Origin: Dictyostelium discoideum
Lineage: Eukaryota
Direction: 5' to 3'
Length of the DNA stretch: 64,000 nt
Assembly: GCA_000004695.1 (NCBI GenBank)
Contig: CM000152.2
Coordinates: 6,048,001 to 6,112,000, forward strand
Below are positions 1-12,543 of the stretch, piece after piece (position 1 is the stretch's first letter; every line of letters starts with the position of its first letter). The position numbers and the translations under genes are program-made. The notes under the pieces are model-generated. The model saw only the letters and a program-made list of their open reading frames with translations, did no database searches and was not told the DNA's origin.

Positions 1-2
1 TT

Positions 3-3000
3 AATGAGCCATATTGTATCAATGTTTATCCATCAACCATAGAATTGGCATTTGAAAAATGTGATTGTGAAATGATTAAAACTTTACTATTAAATGAAAA
101 TAAAAATAATAACATTTTAATAAACAATGAAATTAAAAAGAAATCATTGAAATTAGCCTCAAAAAATACTTTTCATTCAACTTATATAATTCAATTCTTA
201 TTAGATAATCCAAATTTATATATACCACCACCACCAATATCATTACCACAATTACAAAATCCAAGTCCAGTTGAACCAGGTTTGCCAGAATTAAATGATA
301 ATGATGATGATGATGATGATGATGATGACGAAGATGATAAAAATAAAAATAAAACTAAAACAAGGGAATGTTATATTTTATATGACTATTTAATATTAAT
401 ATCAAGTTTACAAACTAAAAAGAAATTATTAGATTTAGATATTGTTTTAAAAAATCCACAAGGTTTAAAAGAAAATTTTAATATTACAGATTCAATCGAT
501 GACTTGTTAATTAAATTAGAGATTAATTTAAAATATTTCCATGATTATTATGATGGCATTCCAAAGTCAATTTTAAAAAAGATTAATCAAATTTTAAATA
601 ATCAATCAATCAGCAAAGAGAAACAATTAAAAAAGATTCAAAGATTAGTCATTTTAGTTTCAGGAGATTATACATTTTATAGTGGCTATATTTTAAAATA
701 TGAAGAATCAATAAATGAATTTCATAATGATTCGTATTATTCAAATGATGACGATGGTGATGATAATGATGATGATGATGATGATGATGGTGAATCAAAA
801 TTAATAACATTTTCAAGATTAATTTTATTGAATGTATTTTCATATCAATCACATACAACAATGGATAAATTAATGAAAAACTTTAAAGAAAAGAAAATTA
901 AATGGCATAAACCACTATTTAAATTAATTGGTTCAGAGAAAAAAACAATTACAATTGATAAATCAACTTATGATTGGATTATAGGTACTGATTGTGATGA
1001 AGTTTTTGATTATTTTAATAGTAAACAATTTGATTTTCAATCATTTGAAACTGCAATCTATTGTTTTGAAAATTATAATAATTCAAGAAAATATTTAAAA
1101 CCATTTTCAATAAAAACTTTATACTTTAATTCAATTAAAGAATGTAATTTAGATCAATTGAAAACTATTGAATCATTATATATCGATCCATTTGATTTAT
1201 TTAGTGATCAACGTTCATATAAATGCATACCCCTACCAACTTCAAAAGATGATTTAATTAAATTAATCAATTATTTCAGTGATAGTAATTTCAAAGCATT
1301 TAGTAAAGATTCATTAGTTTCATTCTTTTCTCAAGTATTTAAAACTGGTTTAGTATCACCATCAGAGATTAAAATTAAAATTCCAACTACTATTACATTA
1401 CCAAATGATATTTTATTAGATGCATTATTTGATTTAGATTTAAAGTTTTTAGAATTATTATTGGTCAGTTTAGATGGATTTGAATTTGAACAAGAAGAGT
1501 ATGAAAGACTTGATTCAGTTGAAAAGAATTTATTTAGTAAAGAATTAAATCTTTTCCATAATGATATAGAATTAATTGATTTCGATGAATTATATAGATT
1601 AATTGAATTTATTATAAATAAATTTTTAAAAACTGGTAGTAAACGTGGTAGACGTAGTGAATCAGCTTGCGAAATTATGAATTATCTTTATCAAATGTTA
1701 CTTCAAAGAGAACTAGTTACACCAAAACAAGTTATAAAAGTTAATCAATTACTTCAATCACATTCAGTACCAATTAAACATTCATTATTCAATGCTTTCT
1801 ATTATCTTCAAATTAGATCAGCAAAATTCACAAAGTATATTTTATCAAGACCTGGTTTCGATAGTTTTTTCGAAATTAATTATGAAGAGTCATATAGTTG
1901 TTCAATTGATTATTCTGAAGGTGTGAATCATTTAGGCCAACATGGATTTGATTTGGCAATTTATTTAGATTTCGATTGTTTTACATTTGATTATGTATTA
2001 GGTACCAATGAAAATGGTGATTATAATACACCATTCGATCAAGTACTCTATCAATTGGTTTATCAACTTTCTCATAGTATAATTAATGAAATTGATATCA
2101 TCGATGATTTCACTTCATTATCAATGAATGCAGATTTAGAATATTGTTTAGATATTAGAAGAGTGGATTTATTTTTCAAACAATTGGAATTTATTAATAA
2201 ACAAATTCAACAAACCAATCTTGATGGTTATGAATATCAAGACGAGAATCCAACATTTCCAATTCAAGAAAGTATTTTAAATTCACCTTCAGATAATTTA
2301 TTGCCAACTAGTGAATTATTTTTAAATAGAGAACAACCACCAATACCACCAATACCACAATCTAAAACTTTTAATTCAGAAATACCATTTCCATTGGCTA
2401 GACACTATAATACACTTAAAATTTCAAATTCAGTATTGGATTTAGCATTGATTATAATGGATGTCGATGAAATTCAAAAATTAATCGAATGGAATTGGTA
2501 TAGAACTGATTTCCTTTTCTCAATCTTTTCAAAATCAATGTTTTGGAGTAAATTCGATGTCTCCCAACATTTGTTTACCAACTATAAAATTCAAATCCTT
2601 TCATTACCACAACATTCAATGACATCTCATTATAGTTATCTATTGGAATTCAATTATTTAATTAATAATCATTTTGAAAGAGTTAAAAATCCAAATCTAT
2701 TTAAAATTGATACATTAAAATCCGATAGTTTAAATTTTCCAACTGTTCTTAGCGCATATTTAGTCGACTATCTATCAAGATGTGATATTGGCGAATATGA
2801 AAAATTCATGGATATTAAAACTAGAGAAGAGCTTTTAAATATTTTAATTTTTATAATTTATGCAGAGTATTGCATAAATATGGAATTAGATACCGATACC
2901 AATTTATCATTGGACAGAAAAAAATTACTTTTTCCACTCATTGAATCTAAAGAATGTCAAGAAATTATTCAAAGAGCTTATGATAAATTTAAAATTAAAA

Positions 3001-3329
3001 ATGATGAAACTATAATCAGTCAAACTGAACAACAAATTAAAGATTACTCAACTCAAGTTGATAACATGTTTACTCTTGGTTTCATCAATGGTGATATCAT
3101 CATTTGTCAACTTATACTCAAACATTATCCAAATCTTTTCAAAATCACCCAATATGCTTTGGCAATGGCAATAAAAGCTGATAGAATTCATATTATCAAG
3201 TTTTATTATCATAACAACAATGATAATTTAATTATGAATTTAAAAGATGATCAATCATTAGTAGATTATTTAAAATCTGAACTTTTAAATCATCAAGATT
3301 ATAAATTTGATATTAATTGGTTAAATTAA
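3..3329 (+). CDS. Hypothetical large Asp/Asn-rich protein (about 1100 aa). The reading frame is open back to the window edge, so the 5' end may be truncated. The first in-frame ATG is at 72; the ORF-track start at 45 is a TTG.
   Basis: Single long ORF with no in-frame stop from nt 3 to 3329. It contains polyD tracts but no motif I can recognise. Confidence 0.5.
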   Translation, partial: NEPYCINVYPSTIELAFEKCDCEMIKTLLLNENKNNNILINNEIKKKSLKLASKNTFHSTYIIQFLLDNPNLYIPPPPISLPQLQNPSPVEPGLPELNDNDDDDDDDDDEDDKNKNKTKTRECYILYDYLILISSLQTKKKLLDLDIVLKNPQGLKENFNITDSIDDLLIKLEINLKYFHDYYDGIPKSILKKINQILNNQSISKEKQLKKIQRLVILVSGDYTFYSGYILKYEESINEFHNDSYYSNDDDGDDNDDDDDDDGESKLITFSRLILLNVFSYQSHTTMDKLMKNFKEKKIKWHKPLFKLIGSEKKTITIDKSTYDWIIGTDCDEVFDYFNSKQFDFQSFETAIYCFENYNNSRKYLKPFSIKTLYFNSIKECNLDQLKTIESLYIDPFDLFSDQRSYKCIPLPTSKDDLIKLINYFSDSNFKAFSKDSLVSFFSQVFKTGLVSPSEIKIKIPTTITLPNDILLDALFDLDLKFLELLLVSLDGFEFEQEEYERLDSVEKNLFSKELNLFHNDIELIDFDELYRLIEFIINKFLKTGSKRGRRSESACEIMNYLYQMLLQRELVTPKQVIKVNQLLQSHSVPIKHSLFNAFYYLQIRSAKFTKYILSRPGFDSFFEINYEESYSCSIDYSEGVNHLGQHGFDLAIYLDFDCFTFDYVLGTNENGDYNTPFDQVLYQLVYQLSHSIINEIDIIDDFTSLSMNADLEYCLDIRRVDLFFKQLEFINKQIQQTNLDGYEYQDENPTFPIQESILNSPSDNLLPTSELFLNREQPPIPPIPQSKTFNSEIPFPLARHYNTLKISNSVLDLALIIMDVDEIQKLIEWNWYRTDFLFSIFSKSMFWSKFDVSQHLFTNYKIQILSLPQHSMTSHYSYLLEFNYLINNHFERVKNPNLFKIDTLKSDSLNFPTVLSAYLVDYLSRCDIGEYEKFMDIKTREELLNILIFIIYAEYCINMELDTDTNLSLDRKKLLFPLIESKECQEIIQRAYDKFKIKNDETIISQTEQQIKDYSTQVDNMFTLGFINGDIIICQLILKHYPNLFKITQYALAMAIKADRIHIIKFYYHNNNDNLIMNLKDDQSLVDYLKSELLNHQDYKFDINWLN

Positions 3330-3739
3330 AAAAAAAAAAAAAAAATAGAAATAAATTAGAAATTTATTCTGAAAAAAAAAAAATAAAAAAAAAAAAAATA
3401 ATAAAAAAAATAATAATAAAAAACTGTGATTCAAAATAAATTAATAAAATAAATAAAAATAAATAAAAAAATAATTAATTAAATAAAAAAAAAAAATCAT
3501 GCAATATCACCAGTTCAGTAAAAAAAAAAAAAATTGTTTTTGGGTACCAAAAAAAAGATATTTTAAAATGATTTTTTTTTTTTTGAAATCATCAAATCCA
3601 ATTTTTTTTTCGATTTTTTTGAAAAGTCAAAAGCAAATGACATCAGACCGAAAATTCGAAACAGTATTCACCATTGTTTTCCAAAAATTATTAGAAATAA
3701 TAATCTGTACAAAAAGAAAAAAAAAATAATATAATATAT

Positions 3740-3805
<66 letters not shown>

Positions 3806-3874
3806 GTATAAAAAGGTTTAGGATTTAATTTTTATTTTATTATCGTTTAATGTGCCAATAAAAAATAATAAAAA

Positions 3875-4458
3875 ATGTTATTACAATTAAGTAAAATATT
3901 AATATTATGTTTAATGTTCTTTTTCGTTAGAGGACAAGATTCATCATCAACTATCTCCTCCTCCTCGGTCTCTTCCTCTTCAGTGCCTTCCTCTTCATCC
4001 GAATCTTTCAATGGTCAATATATATTCTCTTTTACAGAAGCCTATACTTTAATGGCAATTGATATTAGTAATGGTAACTTGGTTGTTAACCATTCCTTAA
4101 GTGAATTGATTCTTCCTTCCTCTATTTTATCATATGATCCAACTACATACTCCTTCAGATTTTTTGGATATTATGAACAATATCCAGGTTATCATTTCCT
4201 ATTGTCAAACTATAGTTTAACAACTAATACATTCACTGCTATTACTAGTTCAATTCTAGATTCATTGTACTACTCTTATGCTATTCAACCATATGTCCAA
4301 ATCGGAACTACTTTCTACATGCCAATTTTTGATGATGCAAAGCCTTCAACCGATTTAAACATTAGAAATTGGGATTTTAATAACTTTATTGTGTAAGTTT
4401 TATTTATTTTTAATATTAATTTTTATATATATAAAAAAAAAATATATATTAATTATTT

Positions 4459-4529
<71 letters not shown>

Positions 4530-5154
4530 TTTCAGAGGTACTTTAGAAATTGAATTACCAGATTTTAATGCATCAATCAGCCCACTTGACGCATATGATG
4601 AAGATAAGGATTTATACTATGTTTTCTATTATGGAAATGGTGGTGAAGTTGAAAGAATTCCATATGTTTCAACATTTACTGGCAATAGTCTTTCATTCTA
4701 TCAAAATATCAATGGAAGTAGTGGTAGTAATAGTGGAAGTAATAGTAATGGTGGTGAATCATCATTCACTACAACTAAATTCCCAAATAGTGGTAAATCA
4801 AGTTTAGTATATAACAATAATGTTGGTACTATTTTTGTAAAATCATCAAATCTTTATGCAATTGAACAACTTCAAACAAGCATTAATATTGTTAAAATCG
4901 ATTTAGATGGTGCCTCAGTTGAATTAGCCTACTCTGCTGAAATGGATAGTTATACCGCTGATTTCATCTCTTATTTCTTAACAAATGATAATAATTATTT
5001 GGTTACCTTAAATTTAAATCAAGATAATTTAGTTGTTTACAATTTCATTGATTTAACAACTTTCTCTTTAGCTCACTCATTCACATCTAAAAATTATTTC
5101 GATAATATTTCCGATGATTTCGATACATCCTTTTATTTTAATGGTTTTGTTTAA
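3875..5154 (+). CDS. Secreted Ser-rich protein in two exons (3875-4392, 4536-5154), about 379 aa.
   Basis: N-terminal signal-peptide-like hydrophobic stretch (MLLQLSKILILCLMFFFVRG). GTAAGT donor at 4393. The intron contains a (TTTA)n tract and ends ...ttcAG at 4535. The frame is continuous across the junction (..NNFIV | GTLEIELPDF..). Confidence 0.6.
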
Positions 5155-5286
5155 TAAAATAAAAAATTATTATTATTTTTTTTTTTTTAAAACAAAACAC
5201 CTTTAAAAAAACAATTCAATTATCAATTCTATAAAAAATAAAAATAAAAAATAAATAAAAGATATTTATTTATTATTTATTTATTA

Positions 5287-5319
<33 letters not shown>

Positions 5320-5392
5320 GATTATTTATATCAATTTGATATATTCTTTGCAAATTTAATAGATTCAAATACTATATCAGAATGTCGCAATC

Positions 5393-5651
5393 TTAGTTGT
5401 GTTTATGATTTATATTTAAAGATAATGACAAAGAAGAAAATGGTGGGGTCAAAGTAAATGAACTACTACTGCTTGTTTGATAATCTTTACCATCACCTTT
5501 TATTGTTTGAAAATCATTGTTTTCTTTATTATTATTATCTTTTTTAAATCTTTTACTAAAACGATTTTCAATATTATTTTCAAAAATTTTATTGTTTCTA
5601 TAATTTTGAAAACCATATTTATTTTTTTTACTATTATTATTATTATTATAA

Positions 5652-5685
<34 letters not shown>

Positions 5686-5908
5686 CATTTTCAGTACAAT
5701 ATATATCATGTGTTTTATTGTTATCGATTTGATCATAGTCAATTCTATGATAGTTGTTTGGTTCTAAACCATCTAAATTTAAGAAAATTTCCCCATTCGA
5801 GTTAAAACAATATTCTTCTTCCTCTTCTTCTTCTTCTTTATAAAAACTTGATTTAGTTTTATTTTGGTATATTGAAATTTCTTTATTTCTAATTACGTCT
5901 CTTAACAT
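5393..5908 (-). CDS. Hypothetical small protein with polyE and polyN tracts.
   Basis: ATG-initiated 171-aa ORF on the minus strand. Its low complexity is typical of Dictyostelium proteins. I cannot exclude a chance ORF. Confidence 0.35.
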
Positions 5909-5941
5909 TTTTTTTTTTTTTTTTTTTTATCTAAATGTTTG

Positions 5942-5978
<37 letters not shown>

Positions 5979-6471
5979 AAAAAAAAAAAATATATAAATT
6001 AATAAAAAAAAATAAAAATAAAAATAATTTAAATTTAAATTTAAAAATAAATTTAAAAATAAATTTAAAATTAAAAGTAAATACAAAAACGAATAATGTT
6101 TAAGTTGTATTTAAATTTAAAAAAAAAGAAATAGACTTTCTTGTTTTTTTATTAAATCTAAAACATTAAGTGGATTACAATTTACAAATTTCATATTTTA
6201 TAAAAAAAAAAAAAAAATTAAAAAATAAAAAAAAAAAATTAAAAAAAAAAAAAATATTTTTTGTAGGCTACAACACAATCCTACCCTTTAGGAAACTTCG
6301 CACATTTTTGGACCGAGATATTTATTTTAAAAAAAAAAAATTAAAAAAAATAAAATTTAATTAACATTCAATTATACCTCATAAAAAAAAAAAATAAAAA
6401 AAAGTAAAAACAAATCACACCATTCATTTGTCAATAAAAACTATCCGCAATAGAAAAAAATAAAAAAAAAT

Positions 6472-6896
6472 ATGATAAAAGATACACACTATGAGTATGT
6501 GTTTTATTAATAATATAATTAATTTTAATTTTAATTTTAATTCTAACCAAAAATAAACTAAAAAAAAAAAATAAAAAATAAAAAAAATAAAAATAAAGTC
6601 ATTTTTTTAAAATTATAATTTTAGGAAATAAAGATATAAATAAAAAAGATTTCATAGATAATTCATTTTCTGTATGTTTTTATTTTTTTTATTTTTTTTT
6701 TTAGTTTATTTTTTTTTTTTTTCTTTTTATTAATTTTATTACAAAAATTTAGGAATTTAATTTAGAAAAAAATAAACTTCAACAACAACAAATAAATATT
6801 CAACAAACTCTAAATAGTGAATCAAAAATTAGATTGTTTCAATATGGCAATAAAAGAATAAAACTACAATTGGTATTTTTTTTTTTTTTTTTTTCC

Positions 6897-6934
<38 letters not shown>

Positions 6935-7522
6935 AAATATTAACCAAAATAAAAATATAAATAGTTGAGATATGACCCAGGAGTAGGAGATTCAACTATT
7001 TCTAAAGTATTTAGAGGAACTCATTGTTTAATTGTAATGTTTGATAGTAATAACAAAGACTCTATTAGTAATTTATCTTGTTGGGTTCAAGAATCAAGGA
7101 GGTATTCAAAGATTGATACACCAATAATAATATTAGGAATCAATAATACTGATGATGAACAAAAATTATATGAACAAGATTTAATAGAACAATTGGATGA
7201 AATTAAAAGATCATTCAATAATAATAATAATACTGAAATTCCAATTTTTCAAATAACTTTGAATAATCCAAACCCCAATATATCTAAGCAACTATTTGAT
7301 AGTATTTTAAAAGTTTCAATTGAATTTCAAAATAAAAATGACCCCAATAATTTAATAAATAGCTCAAATAATAATAATATCATAAAAACAACTGCAACAA
7401 CTACCACATCAAATGACATGCCAACAACAATAACTATATCACAATCCCAACATGTATCAACCTCAAATAACCCAAAAAGAAAAACTAATATATTATCATT
7501 TTTATTGTTTTGGAGAAAGTAA
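6472..7522 (+). CDS. Rab-like paralog A. It is highly degenerate: the P-loop is lost and NKxD has become NNTD. Candidate exons are 6472-6494?, 6753-6873 and 6965-7522.
   Basis: Exons 2 and 3 are in frame (..KIRLFQYGNKRIKLQL | LRYDPGVGDSTISKVFRGTHCLIVMFDSNN..IIILGINNTD..). They align with the paralogs B, C and D. The 5' exon linkage has a phase conflict. Confidence 0.4.
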
Positions 7523-7591
7523 TTTATGGTTTTTTTTTTTTTTTTTTTTTTTGGGGGGAATATTAATCAAATTGAGGATAATCTATATAAA

Positions 7592-7622
<31 letters not shown>

Positions 7623-7938
7623 ATAAAAATATCTAATTTTTTTTTTTCATTTTTTATTTCACTAAAAATACCTTTGTAAAAAATATCATTTAAGATATTT
7701 GCAAATTATTTTTTTTTTTTTAGCTTCTTCTGAAAAACACCTAAATCAAAATTATTTTTCGAATTCAAAACTGCACTAAATTTTTCATCTTGTGTTTTTT
7801 AACCAGTTTCGGTAGTCCAAAGGTTTTTTTTTTTTTTTTTTTTCACTAAATATCTTTTGATTTTTTGATGTCATTTATTAAAAAAAGTAAAAAAAAAAAA
7901 AAAAATGGGAAATAAAATATCTAATTATTTTTGTTTAA

Positions 7939-7972
<34 letters not shown>

Positions 7973-8111
7973 TTAAATAAAGAAAATTTAAATTCTTCTT
8001 AAAAATTTCTATTTTATTAAATAAATATTTTACTTGTAATAAATAAATTATAAATATAAATAATAAAAAAAACAAAAAATTAAAAAAAAAAAAAAAAAAC
8101 ATTGAATACCT

Positions 8112-8391
8112 ATGACCACGAGTATGAATTTCAAAAAAAAAAAAAAAAAAAAATTAAAACTTAACATCAATTATACTATTTTATTAAATTTCTTAATTTT
8201 ATTCTAAAAAAATATACAACAAAAATAATAATAGTAAATTCTTTACAACTTTAGTAATTGGTGATACTGGAGTTGGTAAAATGAAATTTATTCAAGGGTA
8301 TAGTGACGATAATTATAAATACTTTTTGAGTGATGGCTCGAGGTTTAAATTATTTTCATACGATGGATTTAAAATAAAATTATTATTGGTG

Positions 8392-8470
<79 letters not shown>

Positions 8471-8476
8471 TTAATT

Positions 8477-8513
<37 letters not shown>

Positions 8514-9036
8514 ATAATTTTTATAGGAAAGATATTTTGATAGACCATATGGCGGTGGATCAAATACCACTGTATATAGAAAAACTCAATGCTTTTTATT
8601 AATGATTGATGTTTGCGATACTGATTCATTGCAAAGTATTAAAATTTGGATAAGAGAAATTGTATCACTATCAAAACATGGAACTCCAATAATAATTATT
8701 GGAAATAAAATTGATTTAAAGGAACATAGAAAATTTACAAGTGAGCAAGCTTTAGAATTAATTGAACAAATTAAAGATAATTTAAATATAAAAATGCAAA
8801 TTCCATATTTTGAAATCTCTTCTATACAACCCGACCAATCACAATATGATAGAATTTTTAAACAAGTTTATTCGTTATCAAACCAAAGATTTTACAAACC
8901 TTTAATTAATATTAATGAAGGTAAAAATATTGTTGTTGAAGATTTTTCAAAAAATGATTCAATCCCCAATGATGATGGAATTAAAAAAAATAGAAAAAGT
9001 AAAATTTTTAAAGATATTTTATCAATTTTTAAATAA
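8112..9036 (+). CDS. Rab-like small GTPase paralog B, missing the switch-II DTAGQ motif. Candidate exons: 8112-8121?, 8234-8388, 8527-9036.
   Basis: Translated exon 2 is KFFTTLVIGDTGVGKMKFIQGY..FKIKLLL and exon 3 is ERYFDRPYGGGSNTTVYRKTQCFLLMIDVCDTDS..IIIGNKIDL.., with G1 and G4 motifs present. Exons 2 and 3 join in phase 0. The first micro-exon carries an 8-nt insertion relative to the paralogs, so the start is uncertain. Confidence 0.5.
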
Positions 9037-9105
9037 AGATATAATTTTTTAAAAAAAAAAAAAAAAAAAAAAGAAATTAAAATATATATTAAAAATGTGT
9101 ATTAA

Positions 9106-9139
<34 letters not shown>

Positions 9140-9363
9140 GTAAAAAAAAAAAAAGGAAAAAAAAGTGGAAATTGAAAACCATTGATATTTTTTTTTTAAA
9201 ATTAAATTAATATTTTAAATGAAAAAAAAAAAAAGCCAATTTTTTGGGTTGGAAGATTTAAATAATATAATATTATTTATCCACAAAAAAAAAAAAAAAA
9301 AACAAAAAAAAAAAAAAATCAATTACATTTTTTAAATTATATATCCAATTGAAATATTAGATA

Positions 9364-9453
9364 TTTTTTTAAAATGAATAAAAAAGAATACGAGTAGGTA
9401 TTGAATATATAAATATGGCCAAATGAATATCATTTTTAATATTTTTTTATTTT

Positions 9454-9501
<48 letters not shown>

Positions 9502-9661
9502 TTTTTAAAACGTTAGTGATTGGAGATACTTGTGTTGGTAAAATAAAATTTATTCAAGGTTATATTGATGAAAATAATAGAGATGTATTTAATAACGATT
9601 CAAGATTTAAATTATTTTCCTGTGACGGATTAAAAATAAAATTTCTATTGGTTTGTTTTAT

Positions 9662-9700
<39 letters not shown>

Positions 9701-10267
9701 TATAAAAAAAAAATAATAATAACATATTTTTTAAATTTAATTTAAACAAAATATGTTTATAGGCCAACTGGAGGTGGATCAAATACAACAGTTTATAAAA
9801 ATACTCAATGCTTTTTAATAATATTTGATGTTTGTAATTTAGATTCCATGCATAGTGTTAAACTTTGGATAAGAGAAATTGTAAAATTTTCACAAGAAGA
9901 TACACCAATTATTGTTATTGGAAATAAGATTGATTTAAATGAAAAAAGACAAGTTAAAAATGAAGAAGTGATAGAATTTATTGGACAAATTAAAGCTGAT
10001 TTACAATTAACATTGAATATTCCATATTTTGAAATCTCTTCATTACAACCCGACCAATCACAATATGAAATAATTTTTAAACAAGTTTATTCATTATCAA
10101 ATCTAAGATTTTTCAACCCATCAATCAGCTTTGACGAGGATAAAGAAATTATTGATGATTGTTACTCTGATATTGATATTAAAGAAGATTCAAATGAAAA
10201 AAAAATTAAAAAACAAAAGAGAAAAAGTAAATCACTTAAAAAAATTGTTTCAATTTTTAAAAAATAA
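9364..10267 (+). pseudogene. Rab-like paralog C, frame-disrupted at the exon 2/3 junction. Exons: 9364-9383, 9497-9650, 9763-10267.
   Basis: Exon 1 is ATGAATAAAAAAGAATACGA followed by a GTAGGT donor. Exon 2 reads (D)KFFKTLVIGDTCVGKIKFIQGY..KIKFLL. Exon 3 reads PTGGGSNTTVYKNTQCFLIIFDVCNLDS..VIGNKIDL.. but starts 1 nt out of phase, and it lacks the ERYFD segment seen in B. Confidence 0.5.
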
Positions 10268-10290
10268 TTATTTAAAAAACAATAAAGCTA

Positions 10291-10324
<34 letters not shown>

Positions 10325-10488
10325 TTTTTTTTTTTTTTTCTCTTTTTTTTTTATATTTTAAAAAAAAAATTACAAAATTGATCAATTTTTATTTTTATAA
10401 CCAACTTTTTTTTATTAACCTTTGTATTATATTTCAATAAAAAAAAAAAATTTTTAACAAACCTAAAAAATGCTTTCAAAACAGGATT

Positions 10489-11318
10489 ATGAGTAAATAT
10501 CATGATAATTGCAATAAAAAAAAAAAAAAAATAAAAAAAAATAAAAAAATAAAAAAATCTAATAATAATAAAAATAGACACTCTATAAAGATTTTATTAT
10601 CAGGAGATTCTGGTAAAAGTAGTTTTTTAAATAGAGCTATTGATGATATATATTTTGAAAATAATGTTTATCAGTGTGCACCCTCTTTAAAATTTTTTAA
10701 TGATCCAAATAGTTCTAGAGAGAATAAATATTATTATAAAAATTTAATATACAAACTTTGTTTTGTAAGTTTGACTAAACATTAAATTTTAAAAAAAATA
10801 TTTATTTAAATAGATTTATAGAGTTATTATTAATTTTTTTTAATTAATTTATATTAAAAAAAAAAAAAAAAAAAAAGTATGAATATTTTCAAGATAGATT
10901 TCGTTCAATAGGTAATAACCCCTATAGAGGTGCAAGATTTAATTTTATTTTATTTAATGTATGTGATCAAGAATCATTTGATAATGTCCCTAAATATTAT
11001 TTTGAGGCAGAAAGGTATGGAAAAGAAGATATTCATATTATTTTAATTGGTGTTGGAATTGATGATATTGAAAATAGAATTATTGATTATGAAGTTGCTT
11101 TAGATTTAGCAAATTCTAATAATACTCCATATTTTGAAGTAAATAATAAATCGCCATCACCACTTGAAAAAGAAATTTATCAAAGAATAATTGAAACTGC
11201 AATCGGAAAAGTTCATGATGAATTAAATATTCAACCTCCACCATCATCAAAACCATCAACTCCAATAACAACAACAACCAAAACTAAAGGTATTTCAGGT
11301 TTTTTAAAAAAGAAATAA
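10489..11318 (+). pseudogene. Rab-like paralog E. It has a degenerate P-loop (LSGDSGKSS), has lost the intron-1 donor (read-through), and has a frameshift in the last exon.
   Basis: ORF 10489-10764 reads MSKYHD..HSIKILLSGDSGKSSFLN..KLCF and ends at a GTAAGT donor. The last exon, 10879-11318, reads YEYFQDRFRSIGNN, then shifts by 1 nt, then reads PYRGARFNFILFNVCDQESFDNV..IGVGIDD.. It is homologous to exon 3 of B and D. Confidence 0.45.
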
Positions 11319-12010
11319 ATAAAAAAACCAATAATAATTAAATAAAATCAACCTTTTTTTTATTTTTTTATTTTTTTATTTTTTTTTTTTTGTAAAACAA
11401 AAACTGTTTTTTGAAATCTCAAAAAATTTCACTTAATTTAATAAGAATCAATTTCAACTGTGAGGTATGAAACAATCTACAAAAAAAAAAAATAAAAAAT
11501 AAAAAATAAAAAAATAAAAAAAATAATAATAAAAATAATAATTAAATATCAGGTATGGATTATTTGGTCTAAATTTGAATTTTGTTTTTTTTTTTTTTTC
11601 TATTTTTACAAAAATTAAAATATCTTTATTTTTTTTTTATTTTTTTTATTTTTTATTTTTTTTTTTTTTTTTAAACAGTTTGATAGCGTTGCACAAAAAA
11701 TTATTGGAGATTGAAAGTTTTTTAATGGGAAAAAAATCTAAAATGATTAATTAACTTGTACAATATTAAAAACCCGAAAAAAGTTGAAAAAAAAAAATCT
11801 TTTCTTTTTTTCAGTGTGATGACGTGCAACAGTAAAAAATCATATTTTATTTTATTTTTTTTGGTTTTTTTTTTTATTTTAAAATAATCAAATTGATACA
11901 CAAAAAAAGACTTCACTAAATTTGATGTGCAATAAAAAAAAATCATTTTGTCTTTGTCTATTTTTTTTACAATTTTTTTATTTTTAATTTGAATAATTTA
12001 TTGTAATAAA

Positions 12011-12047
<37 letters not shown>

Positions 12048-12134
12048 AGATACAAAAAAAAATAATATAAATATAAAAAAGATAATTATAAAAAAAAAAA
12101 AAAATATAAACATAAAAAAGACAAAAAAATAAAT

Positions 12135-12504
12135 ATGTGTGATTACGAGTAAGAAATTTTTATTTTTACAATTATTTGTTTGTTTATTTTTTTTTTTATA
12201 ATTATTTGTTTTTTTTTTTTTTATAATTTTATTTTATATTAATATTAATTAAAAAAAAAAAAAAAAATAGTTTCATATTTGAATTTTTAGTAATTGGTGA
12301 TTGTAATGTTGGAAAATCATCATTTGTATATCAATATTGCGAAAACTTTAAAACCAAAATAAGAAGTAGAGAACGTGGTGATGGTAATACATTTATACCT
12401 AAATTAATAAGAGTTGATGATAAAAATTGTTTTTTAAAATTTGTATGTATTAAAAAAAAAAAAAAAAAAAAAAAATAATTAAATAAATAAAAATTATTAA
12501 TTGT

Positions 12505-12543
<39 letters not shown>

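Noticed and set aside
649-861. Minus-strand 70-aa ORF with a polyH run.
   Set aside because: It is antisense to the long plus-strand ORF and is purely the reverse-complement reading of its (GAT)n polyD tract.
5477-5767. Poly-I/poly-F ORFs overlapping the minus-strand gene at 5393-5908.
   Set aside because: They are alternative-frame readings of A/T homopolymer and (ATT)n DNA.
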